Positions 16,801 to 25,382 of a DNA stretch of 32,000 bases are shown here, piece by piece (positions within the stretch are counted from its first letter, which is position 1; every line of letters begins with the position of its first letter). Position numbers and translations under genes: made by a program. The stretch is taken from assembly GCA_016699205.1 (NCBI GenBank), contig CP064964.1, forward strand, positions 840,001 through 872,000. The letters are read 5' to 3'. The notes under the pieces are model-generated. The model did not search any database. It was not told where the DNA came from and saw only the letters and a program-made list of their open reading frames with translations. The DNA is from Candidatus Saccharimonadota bacterium. GTDB lineage: Bacteria > Patescibacteriota > Patescibacteriia > 2-12-FULL-60-25.

Positions 16801-17680
16801 GGAAATTTTCTTTCCGTTTATTTTGAGCAAACCGTCTTTCACGAGACGATCGACCATGGCTGTTATCCAGCTTTGGTCGATTTTTGAAAATGCTGGATCG
16901 ACCATCGGGCCTATCTTTGAAAGGATGATGGGGGAATCGGATTGTCTGATGACAGCGAGGATACGGCCGCGGAAGATGCGGTCGGGCCAGCGTTTTCCCT
17001 CGCGGATTTTTTCGACAGACTTTTTTACCATGCGCTTTGGTGTCGCGACTTTTCCGGAAAGAAATTTTGGTGCGGCGAGGCAGTCGTTTTTCAGCGGACA
17101 AATTGCGCAGGCGGGAGTTTTGGTGCAGAGGGACGTTGCGAGATCAAAGGGCCGCTTGAGGGATATCAAAATAGCGTCCGGTTTTTGGGAGCCAAGCGTC
17201 GGCGTGTTTGCGGATGCGTTCGTCGTCGGTTGGTTGCGGGTAGGGTTTGCCGAGCCATAATCGACCACCAACGCGGCGGAGATTGGTGTCGACTGGCCAG
17301 CGGCGTTCATGGAGAGAGAAGGTGGCGAGTGCATCAGCGGTGTAAGGACCGATGCCTTTGAGCGCGAGCCATTCGTCGCGTGTTTTTGGTATTCCTTTGG
17401 ATCTAACGCTTTTAGCGATATCGCGCAGGGCGAGTCCGCGGCGGTTGTAGCCGAGTCCGGCCCAAGCGTGAATGATGTCTGCGTTGGATGCTTTGGCGAG
17501 TGCGCTCCACGTCGGGAAGCGTTTCATCCAGGCGCGGTAAAAATCGATCACGCGAGAGACTTGGGTCTGCTGCAACATGATTTCCGAAACGAGAATTCGA
17601 TATGGGTCACGCGTATTCCTCCAAGGAAGCTTGCGGCCTTCTTGGTCAAACCAGGTTAAAATTTTCTGCCAGGGTTTCAT
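16792..17680 (-). pseudogene. HhH-GPD base-excision glycosylase (MutY/Nth family) interrupted by a frameshift near 17147-17152
   Basis: The N-terminal frame (from ATG 17680: MKPWQKILTWFDQEGRKLPWR…ILVSEIMLQQTQV…LKGIGPYTADA…VDTNLRRV…YFDIPQAAL*) stops at 17144. The 4Fe-4S loop CTKTPACAICPLKNDC and the C-terminus continue in the frame whose codons start 1 nt later (ORF 16792-17334). Confidence 0.75.
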
Positions 17681-18378
17681 TCGCGGAAGGTGAGCGTCGA
17701 TAGCGTTTCCAAAAAGTTTTTTTCCGCTTGTACGTTCGCTGGTTTGGCCCAAATGAGGATGGTCGAGGAGCCGCCGCTTTGATCGCGCAGAATCCATTCA
17801 CTTCCGCGCGTTCCGACGAGGAGGTGGCCGTCGACAAAATAGACGAGATCTCCGGTTGTGGTGGCTTGTCCGCGCCACATCGCTTCGCGGCCTGGATCGT
17901 AAGGTTGAATGCGCAGCCAGCCAAAATCAAAAAACATTTCATTTCCGCTGTTGGCGTTGTTAGGTGGAAGTCGGAGCGTGTAGCCAAGAGGGAGGTTGAT
18001 CCATTCTTTCCACGTTGTTGATACGCGCGTTTTGATCAGGGGTTCGGCTTTGGCGAGCAGATCGCGTTCCTCATTGTATTTACGGATGAGCTCTTGCGCA
18101 CTACGAATCTCGTTGGAGGCTGTGTCGAGCTTTTGATTGGCTTCATCGGCGAGTTTTTTACTGGCAGTCGCCAGCTCCTCCGACTGTTTACGAGCCTGTT
18201 CTGTGGCGGTGGCGAGTCGTGCACGGTCGCTATTTGCCTGAAAAAGGAAATATCCCGTGCCGATAGCGGTTGCGAGCGCTCCCAAGAGGATCCACCCAAA
18301 AATAGACCAGGATTTTGCCATAACGATTGTGATCGTAGCGTAAAAGACGAAAGCATGGTACCCTCCCGCCTTAATCAT
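17677..18378 (-). CDS. Membrane-anchored coiled-coil protein, function unknown
   Basis: One TM helix (WSIFGWILLGALATAIGTGYFLF), a ~70-aa coiled-coil-like segment, and a beta-rich C-terminal domain. Its stop overlaps the glycosylase start (ATGA). The true start may be ATG 18321 (MAKSW…). Confidence 0.5.
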   Translation of the reverse strand: MIKAGGYHAFVFYATITIVMAKSWSIFGWILLGALATAIGTGYFLFQANSDRARLATATEQARKQSEELATASKKLADEANQKLDTASNEIRSAQELIRKYNEERDLLAKAEPLIKTRVSTTWKEWINLPLGYTLRLPPNNANSGNEMFFDFGWLRIQPYDPGREAMWRGQATTTGDLVYFVDGHLLVGTRGSEWILRDQSGGSSTILIWAKPANVQAEKNFLETLSTLTFRE

Positions 18379-20563
18379 GCCTGGTCAACCAAAGCCTCGG
18401 CTTCACGCCCTCGACACTATCCGTATCCGCATTTCTTTTGCGGATGGCGGGGCTTTGCGTGTGGAGGCGATTGTCGACTACGGAACGCTGCATGTTCCGC
18501 TTATGTCGCTTGCCGGAGCCATGGATTCCAAGACGGATAAGGACGGACGGGTGCATGAAGCGGATCGTGATTGGGATGTGGAAGGGGAGGCACGTGTTTT
18601 TTTGGCCCATGCCTATCCGATGATCCCGACCGATGAGGCGCATGTGTTCCGTGTTCCTGCGGATGAGATGTACGCGTTTTCAAAAGATGTTCTTCCGGAG
18701 CTTGAGTATCAATATACGGTAGAGGCTGACTCCGGGGTCTTGGAAAAACTCGCTGTACGCCGTTTGGCGATTTCGCCTGAGATCGGTATCTCATCTTCGC
18801 GTACGGGTTGGTTTGATTTTTCCGTGGCGTGGCATTGCAAGGAAGCGGATATCGATACAAAGGAATTGCTTGAGGCCGTGAGCAGCGGACGGCCGTTTGT
18901 TCGCACGAGCGATGGCACGTTGATCGAGTATGAGAATACGGAAGAGCTGGAACGCCTCGCGGATTTTTTGAATCGCGCTGAACAAAAAGATGACGGTTCA
19001 TTTTCTGGCCGATTATTTGATGCGCCAGAAATGCAGGCGCTGCTTGAGCGTATCCAGACAGCCCGAATGGAAACGACGGATGCAGCATTCCGCCAATTTT
19101 TAACGGAAGCCCAAGCCGGTAAACCGATTGAGCCGATTGATGCACCAAAACATCTGGATCCGATTTTGCGTCCTTATCAGAAAGATGGAATGTCTTGGAT
19201 TGCGTTCTTGCGTAAATACGGTTTTGGCGGAATTTTGGCTGATGACATGGGTTTGGGTAAGACGTTGCAGGTATTGGCTTTTCTAGCAGCCACGCGCAAG
19301 AAAGGTGATGCGCCTGACCTCGTTGTTTGTCCAAAGACGTTGACGCTGACTTGGTCGGAGGAGACGGCTAAATATGTTCCAGAGCTGAAGGTGCTGGTTA
19401 TTGAAGGCACGGCCGAGGAGCGCGAGCAGACGATCCGCACGATCGATAGCTACGATCTTGTGATCACGACGTACCCTTCTCTTCAACGTGATCTGCCGCA
19501 TTATTTGGATCGCGGTAAGGCGTTCCGCACGTGTATTATCGATGAAGCTCAGTACATCAAGAACTCTGCTACGGCGACGGCCAAATCGGTTAAATTGGTT
19601 CCGGCGGATTTTCGTTTGGCACTAACCGGTACGCCGCTCGAGAATGGTGTGCATGAATTGTGGTCGATCTATGATTTTTTGATGCCGGGCTTTTTGGGAA
19701 CGACGGCGGATTTCCGAAAGCGTTATGAGCGGCCGATCAAAGATCGACAGGATCAAGGTGCGCTCGATCGTCTGCGTACGCGCATCCGTCCGTTTATGCT
19801 ACGCCGTACCAAGGTAGCTTTGTTGAAAGATTTGCCGCCTAAAGTCGAGCAGACCATGCATGCGCCGCTTACGCCTGAGCAGTTGGTTGTTTATACCCGT
19901 ACGCTCGAGGAAGTGCGCGAGAATGTCATGAAGGCCGTGGCGGAGAAAGGTTTTGCCCAATCGCGTATCGAGATTTTGACGGCATTGATGAAGCTGCGTC
20001 GTATTTGCGATCATCCGGCGCTTGTCGACCCTCGTCTCCCAAGAACGGAAGAGATGTCAGGAAAGATGAGTTTGGCGCTCGAGCTGGTGCGGCAAGCGGT
20101 TGAGGGAGGGCATAAAGTATTATTGTTCTCGCAATTTACAGGCATGCTCGACCTGCTGCGCGATTCACTTGATGAGCTGGATATCGGACATGCGACGATT
20201 GAAGGTAAAACACGGGATCGTGAAGGGGAGATCAAGAAGTTTAGTAAGGATCCAAAGATCCCGGTATTTCTTTTGTCATTGCGCGCCGGCGGTACTGGGT
20301 TGACGCTTACGGAAGCTGATACGGTTATCCTGTTTGATCCGTGGTGGAATCCAATGGTTGAGGCTCAGGCCATGGACCGTGCGCATCGTATCGGCCAAAC
20401 AAAATCGGTGAACGTGTACAAGCTTGTGACGAAGGGTTCTGTTGAGGAGAAAGTCATGGAATTACAGATACGCAAGCGCCAGTTATTTGATGCGCTCGTT
20501 CAGGAGTCGGAGGCGGACTTGGGTGCGCTGACTTGGGAGGATGTGCAGGGCTTGTTGGCGTAA
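18377..20563 (+). CDS. SNF2-family DNA-dependent ATPase/helicase with SNF2-associated N-terminal region
   Basis: LRPYQKDGMSWI…ILADDMGLGKTLQ (motif I), DEAQYIKN (motif II), LTGTPLENG, LLFSQFTGMLD, SLRAGGTGLTLTEADTVILFDPWWNP…QAMDRAHRIGQ (motifs V/VI). Confidence 0.85.
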   Translation: MPGQPKPRLHALDTIRIRISFADGGALRVEAIVDYGTLHVPLMSLAGAMDSKTDKDGRVHEADRDWDVEGEARVFLAHAYPMIPTDEAHVFRVPADEMYAFSKDVLPELEYQYTVEADSGVLEKLAVRRLAISPEIGISSSRTGWFDFSVAWHCKEADIDTKELLEAVSSGRPFVRTSDGTLIEYENTEELERLADFLNRAEQKDDGSFSGRLFDAPEMQALLERIQTARMETTDAAFRQFLTEAQAGKPIEPIDAPKHLDPILRPYQKDGMSWIAFLRKYGFGGILADDMGLGKTLQVLAFLAATRKKGDAPDLVVCPKTLTLTWSEETAKYVPELKVLVIEGTAEEREQTIRTIDSYDLVITTYPSLQRDLPHYLDRGKAFRTCIIDEAQYIKNSATATAKSVKLVPADFRLALTGTPLENGVHELWSIYDFLMPGFLGTTADFRKRYERPIKDRQDQGALDRLRTRIRPFMLRRTKVALLKDLPPKVEQTMHAPLTPEQLVVYTRTLEEVRENVMKAVAEKGFAQSRIEILTALMKLRRICDHPALVDPRLPRTEEMSGKMSLALELVRQAVEGGHKVLLFSQFTGMLDLLRDSLDELDIGHATIEGKTRDREGEIKKFSKDPKIPVFLLSLRAGGTGLTLTEADTVILFDPWWNPMVEAQAMDRAHRIGQTKSVNVYKLVTKGSVEEKVMELQIRKRQLFDALVQESEADLGALTWEDVQGLLA

Positions 20564-20566
20564 CAT

Positions 20567-21442
20567 ATGTCTATTGAGCGACCCGAAGTGATGCAGGTAA
20601 CCGAACGTCTTGAGAGTCGGGCACTTGCGCATTTTCCTGCGAATCGGCTCACATGGACGGATGCTGATTTTGAGAAGGCGCATAAAAAAATGCGGGAGTT
20701 GCCACACGTAGGAGAGCGAACGGCGCTTGAGACGCTTAAGGTACTAGAGACATTATCAGAATCCCTCAGCGACTCTGAAGGCGAGGCATGGAAAACGAGT
20801 ATTGAGACATTTGCTCCAGAACAAGTATTGATGCGTTACGGGTACGGTGCTGATTGGTCGTATGCATTTCATGAGCAGAGGAGATATATGGAGGGAGAGA
20901 CGGTGCACGAAAAGGATCATGCGACTGAGTCTTCTGTGACGGGAATCGGTAAAAAAGTCGTCCGTGGTCTTGGAAAAATTGTGAAAGAGGCAAAGCGGGA
21001 ATTGGATGAGACGACGGAAGCAGAAGATCGAAAACGCATCGAGAAAAGTCTTGTTGATGATGCCGGACGTTTGTTTGATGCTGTTTATCAGAATGAGACA
21101 GGGAGAGATCGTATTCAAGTTATACGTTTGGATGGTCCGAGGGGTCCGGTGTATCTTTGCGTCCAAAATGGAAACCATCGCCTCGCCGCCGCGAGATTGA
21201 TCGGGTTGCGAAGGGTGAGAGGAGAGGTCCAGTCATGTAAGGATGGAAAGGGCCTAGAGCATTGGTATGATTTTCTTGCCGCGCTTCCGCCTGGCGATCG
21301 ACAGATATGGCAGGTGCGTTATAACGAGCTCTATCCGGCAACAGAAGCGGATTGGGTTAAAGATGATCGTGAACTAGAGGCGGCAGCTCAGCGGCACGTG
21401 ATTGACGGCGCGAGCGCAAGTTTGTACCGTAAAGACCTATGA
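20567..21442 (+). CDS. Hypothetical protein with C-terminal ParB/sulfiredoxin-fold-like motif
   Basis: …IQVIRLDGPRGPVYLCVQNGNHRLAAARLIGLRRVRGEV resembles the ParB N-terminal/Srx (DGxHR…A…lG) core. The N-terminal ~170 aa are unrecognised. It starts 3 nt after the SNF2 stop, and its own stop overlaps the ppa start. Confidence 0.5.
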   Translation: MSIERPEVMQVTERLESRALAHFPANRLTWTDADFEKAHKKMRELPHVGERTALETLKVLETLSESLSDSEGEAWKTSIETFAPEQVLMRYGYGADWSYAFHEQRRYMEGETVHEKDHATESSVTGIGKKVVRGLGKIVKEAKRELDETTEAEDRKRIEKSLVDDAGRLFDAVYQNETGRDRIQVIRLDGPRGPVYLCVQNGNHRLAAARLIGLRRVRGEVQSCKDGKGLEHWYDFLAALPPGDRQIWQVRYNELYPATEADWVKDDRELEAAAQRHVIDGASASLYRKDL

Positions 21443-21981
21443 AAGGTATCAATCTCTATCACGAGGTCCCGTGCGGCACACCGGATGAATTCAATGTTGT
21501 CATTGATCTTCCAAAGGGCTCGTCCAACAAAGTCGAGTACGATGAGGAGGGCGGTTATTTCAAGCTCGACCGCGCTCTGCATCAGTCGACCTTTTATCCG
21601 TTTGACTATGGATTTATTCCACAGACGCATGCTGGGGACGGCGATGCGACGGATGTCTGTCTGCTTCTTACGCATCCGACATTCTCGGGCTGTGTCGTGA
21701 AGGCGCGCGCCATCGGTATGATCAAGACCTCGGATCAGGATGGTGATGATGCCAAAATTATTGCCGTGCCGGTTTCCAAGGTTGATCCACGTTTTGACGA
21801 GATGCAGTCGATCGATGATTTGCCGAAGCATGTGCAAGAAGAGTTTTTGATCTTCTTTAAGGAGTATAAGAAACTTGAAAAGAAAAAGTACGACAAGATC
21901 ACGATTGGCGGATTTGGCGATGTCGAGGAAGCCAAGGCGGAGATTCAGTCATCGATGGAGGCGTACAAGGCCAAGCACTAA
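21439..21981 (+). CDS. ppa: Inorganic pyrophosphatase, family I
   Basis: VVIDLPKGSSNKVEYDEE…FKLDR…YPFDYGFIPQT…DGDATDV…DDAKIIAV is the canonical family I PPase active-site pattern. Confidence 0.9.
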   Translation: MKGINLYHEVPCGTPDEFNVVIDLPKGSSNKVEYDEEGGYFKLDRALHQSTFYPFDYGFIPQTHAGDGDATDVCLLLTHPTFSGCVVKARAIGMIKTSDQDGDDAKIIAVPVSKVDPRFDEMQSIDDLPKHVQEEFLIFFKEYKKLEKKKYDKITIGGFGDVEEAKAEIQSSMEAYKAKH

Positions 21982-21984
21982 CCC

Positions 21985-22719
21985 ATGGCCATCAATCCCG
22001 TCCTCATCGTTCGTCGTTTCCGCATTCAGGAAGTGAAATGGGAAACAGCCGAGACGTATACGCTCGTTCTTGCGCCGGAAGACGCAAATGACATGCCTGC
22101 CTTTAAGCCGGGGCAATGGGTGTATTTGCATTTGTTCCATGAGGACGGAACGATGTGGGCAAAAGCTGCTTACTCGATTTCGCTTGCGCCGGAAGAATGT
22201 TCGCAGCGGTTGGAGCTTGGGATTAAATTGCATGGCGATTTCACCAAGCGCGCTTCTAAGCTGATGCCGGATGACTTGGTTGGCGTGCAGGGACCGTTTG
22301 GCGTGTTTGTTTTACCGCCAGGAGACTCGCCGCTCGTTATGTTTGCCGGCGGAATCGGTGTTACGCCGCTACGCAGCATGCTGCGTTCGTTGATTGCTAC
22401 GGGTGCGACTCGACCTGTAACGTTATTTTATTCCAACAAGTACGTAGAGGAGTCGCCTTATCTGGAAGAATTTCTTGCGTTAGCAGATAAGGCTCCGTGG
22501 TTCCGTTTTATTCCAATCCTGACACAGCAAGCGCCGATCGATTGGAAAGGCGAGCGCGGACGTCTTGATTTGGCAATGCTTCAGCGTCACTCCGTTATCG
22601 ATCCGAGCTTCACCTATCTCATGTGCGGTCCAAAGCCGTTTATGGAGAGCATCAAAGCTTTTCTTAAAGAGGCCGGAATTGACACGAAGAAGCAGTTGAA
22701 AGAGGAGCTGTTTGGCTAG
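21985..22719 (+). CDS. Ferredoxin-reductase-type FAD/NAD(P)-binding oxidoreductase
   Basis: FAD-binding beta-barrel (…KPGQWVYL…AAYSIS…) followed by the NAD(P)-binding GGIGVTPLRSM motif and a C-terminal …YLMCGPKPFMES. Confidence 0.7.
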   Translation: MAINPVLIVRRFRIQEVKWETAETYTLVLAPEDANDMPAFKPGQWVYLHLFHEDGTMWAKAAYSISLAPEECSQRLELGIKLHGDFTKRASKLMPDDLVGVQGPFGVFVLPPGDSPLVMFAGGIGVTPLRSMLRSLIATGATRPVTLFYSNKYVEESPYLEEFLALADKAPWFRFIPILTQQAPIDWKGERGRLDLAMLQRHSVIDPSFTYLMCGPKPFMESIKAFLKEAGIDTKKQLKEELFG

Positions 22720-22741
22720 GGCGTGTGTTTTGGGGTAGCAT

Positions 22742-23308
22742 ATGCCCCATATGAATAAAATGTCCGCTGCGATCTTTGCGCCGTTGTTAGCCGTGAGTTT
22801 GATGGGTGCGGGATGCAATCCATTCTCCGGTGTCCAAGATAAGATCAATCAAAAAATTGGCGAGTCGATCGCGGAAAAGATCATTGAGACGGGTTCCGGC
22901 GGCAAGGTCGATGTGGATGCGGACGGCGGAAGTTTTTCATTCAAAGATCCAAAGACAGGGGAGACGGTTGCTCTTGGAACCAATGTAAAGATTCCGGCAG
23001 GCTTTCCCACGGATATTCCTCGCTACGATGGCGCGCTGCCGAGTATCGCTTCTCTCACCAAAGATCAGAAGCGTGCCGTCCTCGCTGTGACCATTTTTGA
23101 TGTCGAGCCTCGCATCCTTGCCGAGTGGTATGAGAAGCAGATTATTGCTAACGGCTTTGAGCGCAAGACATCGGCACCTGTGTCGGAATCATTATTTAGC
23201 GAGTATCGTAAAGGAAACACAAAAATGATCATGACGGTCCTGGGTCAGAAAGATGATAGCGGTAAGTGGGCTGTTTCTGTTCAAATCAGTCGTGAAGAAA
23301 CGGAATAG
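22742..23308 (+). CDS. Putative lipoprotein, function unknown
   Basis: Signal peptide with the lipobox SLMGAGC. Several in-frame ATGs (22742, 22751, 22760) make the exact start uncertain. Confidence 0.55.
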   Translation: MPHMNKMSAAIFAPLLAVSLMGAGCNPFSGVQDKINQKIGESIAEKIIETGSGGKVDVDADGGSFSFKDPKTGETVALGTNVKIPAGFPTDIPRYDGALPSIASLTKDQKRAVLAVTIFDVEPRILAEWYEKQIIANGFERKTSAPVSESLFSEYRKGNTKMIMTVLGQKDDSGKWAVSVQISREETE

Positions 23309-23337
23309 AAAAAATCCCCCGATCGGGGGATTTTTTT
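23309..23337. terminator. Intrinsic terminator (symmetrical)
   Basis: AAAAAATCCCCC-GATC-GGGGGATTTTTT. Confidence 0.7.
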
Positions 23338-23340
23338 CTA

Positions 23341-23417
23341 TGGTGGGCGTGGATGGAGTCGAACCATCGACCTTTACATTATCAGTGTAACGCTCTAACC
23401 AACTGAGCTACACGCCC
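23341..23417 (-). tRNA. tRNA-Ile (anticodon GAT), CCA encoded
   Basis: Reverse complement is GGGCGTGTAGCTCAGTTGGTTAGAGCGTTACACTGATAATGTAAAGGTCGATGGTTCGACTCCATCCACGCCCACCA. Anticodon stem TTACA/TGTAA, loop CTGATAA. Confidence 0.9.
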
Positions 23418-23472
23418 TAAATACGATTGTTGCGGGCTTAGATTAGCCGATTCTTTTGGATCGTGCAAGACC

Positions 23473-24045
23473 CTAGGATTTGGCCTCTTTCGCCGCCTTG
23501 GAGAGGCGGTCGTCCATCAGAAGGGCGCCCGCAAAGGCTGAGACTAGCAAAAGAACATAGAGAGCCATGTATCCCGTGATGGTTACGGTTTGAAAGCGCG
23601 AGATGGCCAAAAAGAAGGCGTAATACCACGAGACAATGGAGATGCCGCCTGAGATGAAGGCGCGCTGCCGAATCTCCCGGAATCGCTTGGCTTGAGGATG
23701 AGGGTCCTCATGAAAAGCGATACGGCGTAGTGAAGGTGTTACCGCAAAATGTAGGAACCAGCCGTTTAAGAGGAGGACGAGAACGACACCCATCTTGGAA
23801 AGAAATTTTGCCGATGTCAGCAGTCTGGCTGGATCATGCAAAAATAATCCCAGACCAGTTAACGCTAGAATAACGACACCGATCCAGAGAATGCGTGACA
23901 AGGTCTGCATGAAATCGGCTTCCGTGCGCGAGATGCGGAAATCCTTCAGAAATTTCATGAAGAAAATATCCGTCACGGTTGCGCCGCCAACACCGATCGC
24001 GAAGCCGAATAGATGAAGCGCAAGAAGGAGGCGTTGGGTATCCAT
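23473..24045 (-). CDS. Integral membrane protein (5-6 TM), family not recognised
   Basis: 190-aa ORF with repeated hydrophobic segments. No motif recognised. Confidence 0.5.
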   Translation of the reverse strand: MDTQRLLLALHLFGFAIGVGGATVTDIFFMKFLKDFRISRTEADFMQTLSRILWIGVVILALTGLGLFLHDPARLLTSAKFLSKMGVVLVLLLNGWFLHFAVTPSLRRIAFHEDPHPQAKRFREIRQRAFISGGISIVSWYYAFFLAISRFQTVTITGYMALYVLLLVSAFAGALLMDDRLSKAAKEAKS

Positions 24046-24052
24046 GGAAATA

Positions 24053-24655
24053 TTATATCACTGATGATCGATCAAAGATTTTTTCTGCGGAAATCAATTC
24101 ATGGCCGTTAAACTCCAGCTTCCAGCAGCAGCCCGGAGGAAAATCGATGAGCGGAATATGGCTCCAGTCATTTGCGTCTTGGAGCTTCAAAATGGCGGAG
24201 ACCATGGATTCACGGTGACTGACGGCAACAGCACAAGTATTTTCATCGATAGAATCCAAGAGATCGTGCAGAGCACTGATGACGCGTGTGGAGAGTTCTT
24301 CAAATTGTTCAATGTCTTTTAACTTGAGTTGGAACGGTGTTTGATCGTAACCGGCGGCGACACGGAATGCGTCGAGCGGTTTGCCGAACCAATCGCCAAC
24401 CTGCCACTCGATGAGACGTTCATCGGTTTCTACCTCGCGGCTGCCAAGTGTTTGGGCGATAATTTCTGCCGTCTCGCGCGTACGCAGATAGGTTGAGGCG
24501 ACGATACGCATCGGATTGCAGCCGGCGTCCAAGATATCTTTGGCGAGCGCTTGCGCTTGATGTATGCCTTGGCTGCCGAGCGGAAAGTCGGCGGTATAAA
24601 AAACACGGGTTGGATTCTCGACTTTGCCGTGACGTGCCAGATAGATCGTTTTCAT
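24053..24655 (-). CDS. Histidine phosphatase (phosphoglycerate-mutase-like) family protein
   Basis: MKTIYLARHGK (RHG catalytic motif), …TYLRTRETAEI…, …AVSHRESM. I chose the ATG at 24655; the upstream extension has no homology character. Confidence 0.8.
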   Translation of the reverse strand: MKTIYLARHGKVENPTRVFYTADFPLGSQGIHQAQALAKDILDAGCNPMRIVASTYLRTRETAEIIAQTLGSREVETDERLIEWQVGDWFGKPLDAFRVAAGYDQTPFQLKLKDIEQFEELSTRVISALHDLLDSIDENTCAVAVSHRESMVSAILKLQDANDWSHIPLIDFPPGCCWKLEFNGHELISAEKIFDRSSVI

Positions 24656-24701
24656 GCGTGGGAGCTTAACAAAAGCTGCTTGATAAGGATAGGATGTGCG
24701 C

Positions 24702-25340
24702 ATGCGCAAATATTTGCCGTTTGAAGTATTGGCTTTTTTGTCGGCCTGCGTTTGCATTGGTGTTTTGTTTTATCGATGGTATGTATTGGGTTTTGGCTCT
24801 TGGGTTTTAACCCCGCTTGCGGCGATTGCCGGTTTGCTTGCCGCGGATGTGACATCGGGATTTGTTCACTGGTGGATGGATACTTGGGGAACACCGGAAA
24901 CACCATTTTTTGGAGAGATGTTTATCCGCGATTTTCGCGTGCATCATACAGACCAACAAGAAATGACCCGTCATGGATTTTTTGAGACAAATGGCAATAA
25001 CGCGATTGCCGCCTTGCTTGTGCTCGTTCCGTCCGTTATCTGGACTTCGGATCGGCCAGAAGTTTTGGTATTTTTGATTTTATGGATGCTGGGTATTCTT
25101 TTCACAAATCAAATCCATAAGTGGGCGCATCAAGCACAGCCGCCGGTTCTTGTTATGAAGCTGCAATCGTGGGATCTCATCCTCTCGCCATCGTTACACG
25201 CAAGACATCATGCCTGGCCGTATACGACTTACTATAATATTACGACAGGCTGGCTTAATTTTTTGATCGAGAAGCTTCGGATGTATTCTGCATTGGAGCG
25301 CGGGATCGTTTTTGTCACTGGTTGGAAGCCGCGCCCATAA
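24702..25340 (+). CDS. CarF/TMEM189(PEDS1)/FAD4-family membrane lipid desaturase (Kua domain)
   Basis: LLAADVTSGFVHWWMDTWG, FIRDFRVHHTD…TRHGFFETNGNN, FTNQIHKWAH and HARHH…YYNITTGWLN parallel human TMEM189 blocks (LLAADFGSGLVHWGADTWG, FIRPFREHHIDP…TRHDFIETNGDN, FTNQIHKWSH, HHRIHH…YFCITTGWLN), recalled from memory. AGGA lies 7 nt upstream of ATG 24702; GTG 24696 is an alternative start. Confidence 0.8.
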   Translation: MRKYLPFEVLAFLSACVCIGVLFYRWYVLGFGSWVLTPLAAIAGLLAADVTSGFVHWWMDTWGTPETPFFGEMFIRDFRVHHTDQQEMTRHGFFETNGNNAIAALLVLVPSVIWTSDRPEVLVFLILWMLGILFTNQIHKWAHQAQPPVLVMKLQSWDLILSPSLHARHHAWPYTTYYNITTGWLNFLIEKLRMYSALERGIVFVTGWKPRP

Positions 25341-25347
25341 AAATGTA

Positions 25348-25380
25348 AACGCCCCGCATCCAGTAAGAATGCGGGGCGTT
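25348..25380. terminator. Hairpin terminator between convergent genes (T-tract on minus strand)
   Basis: AACGCCCCGCAT-CCAGTAAGA-ATGCGGGGCGTT. The minus-strand continuation is TTTACATTTTT. Confidence 0.6.
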
Positions 25381-25382
25381 GT

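Noticed and set aside
18501-19334. 277-aa minus-strand ORF inside the SNF2 gene
   Set aside because: It is antisense to a gene with all SNF2 motifs, and the translation is His/Pro/Arg-rich with no domain character.
18377-21442. Assigning the SNF2 plus ParB-like pair to a named defence system (DISARM, Dpd, Dnd, Zorya)
   Set aside because: None of the obligatory partners is present (methyltransferase, DUF1998/PLD proteins, DpdA/QueC-type genes, DndACDE, ZorAB). The cluster continues into housekeeping ppa. I kept it as an open two-gene association only.
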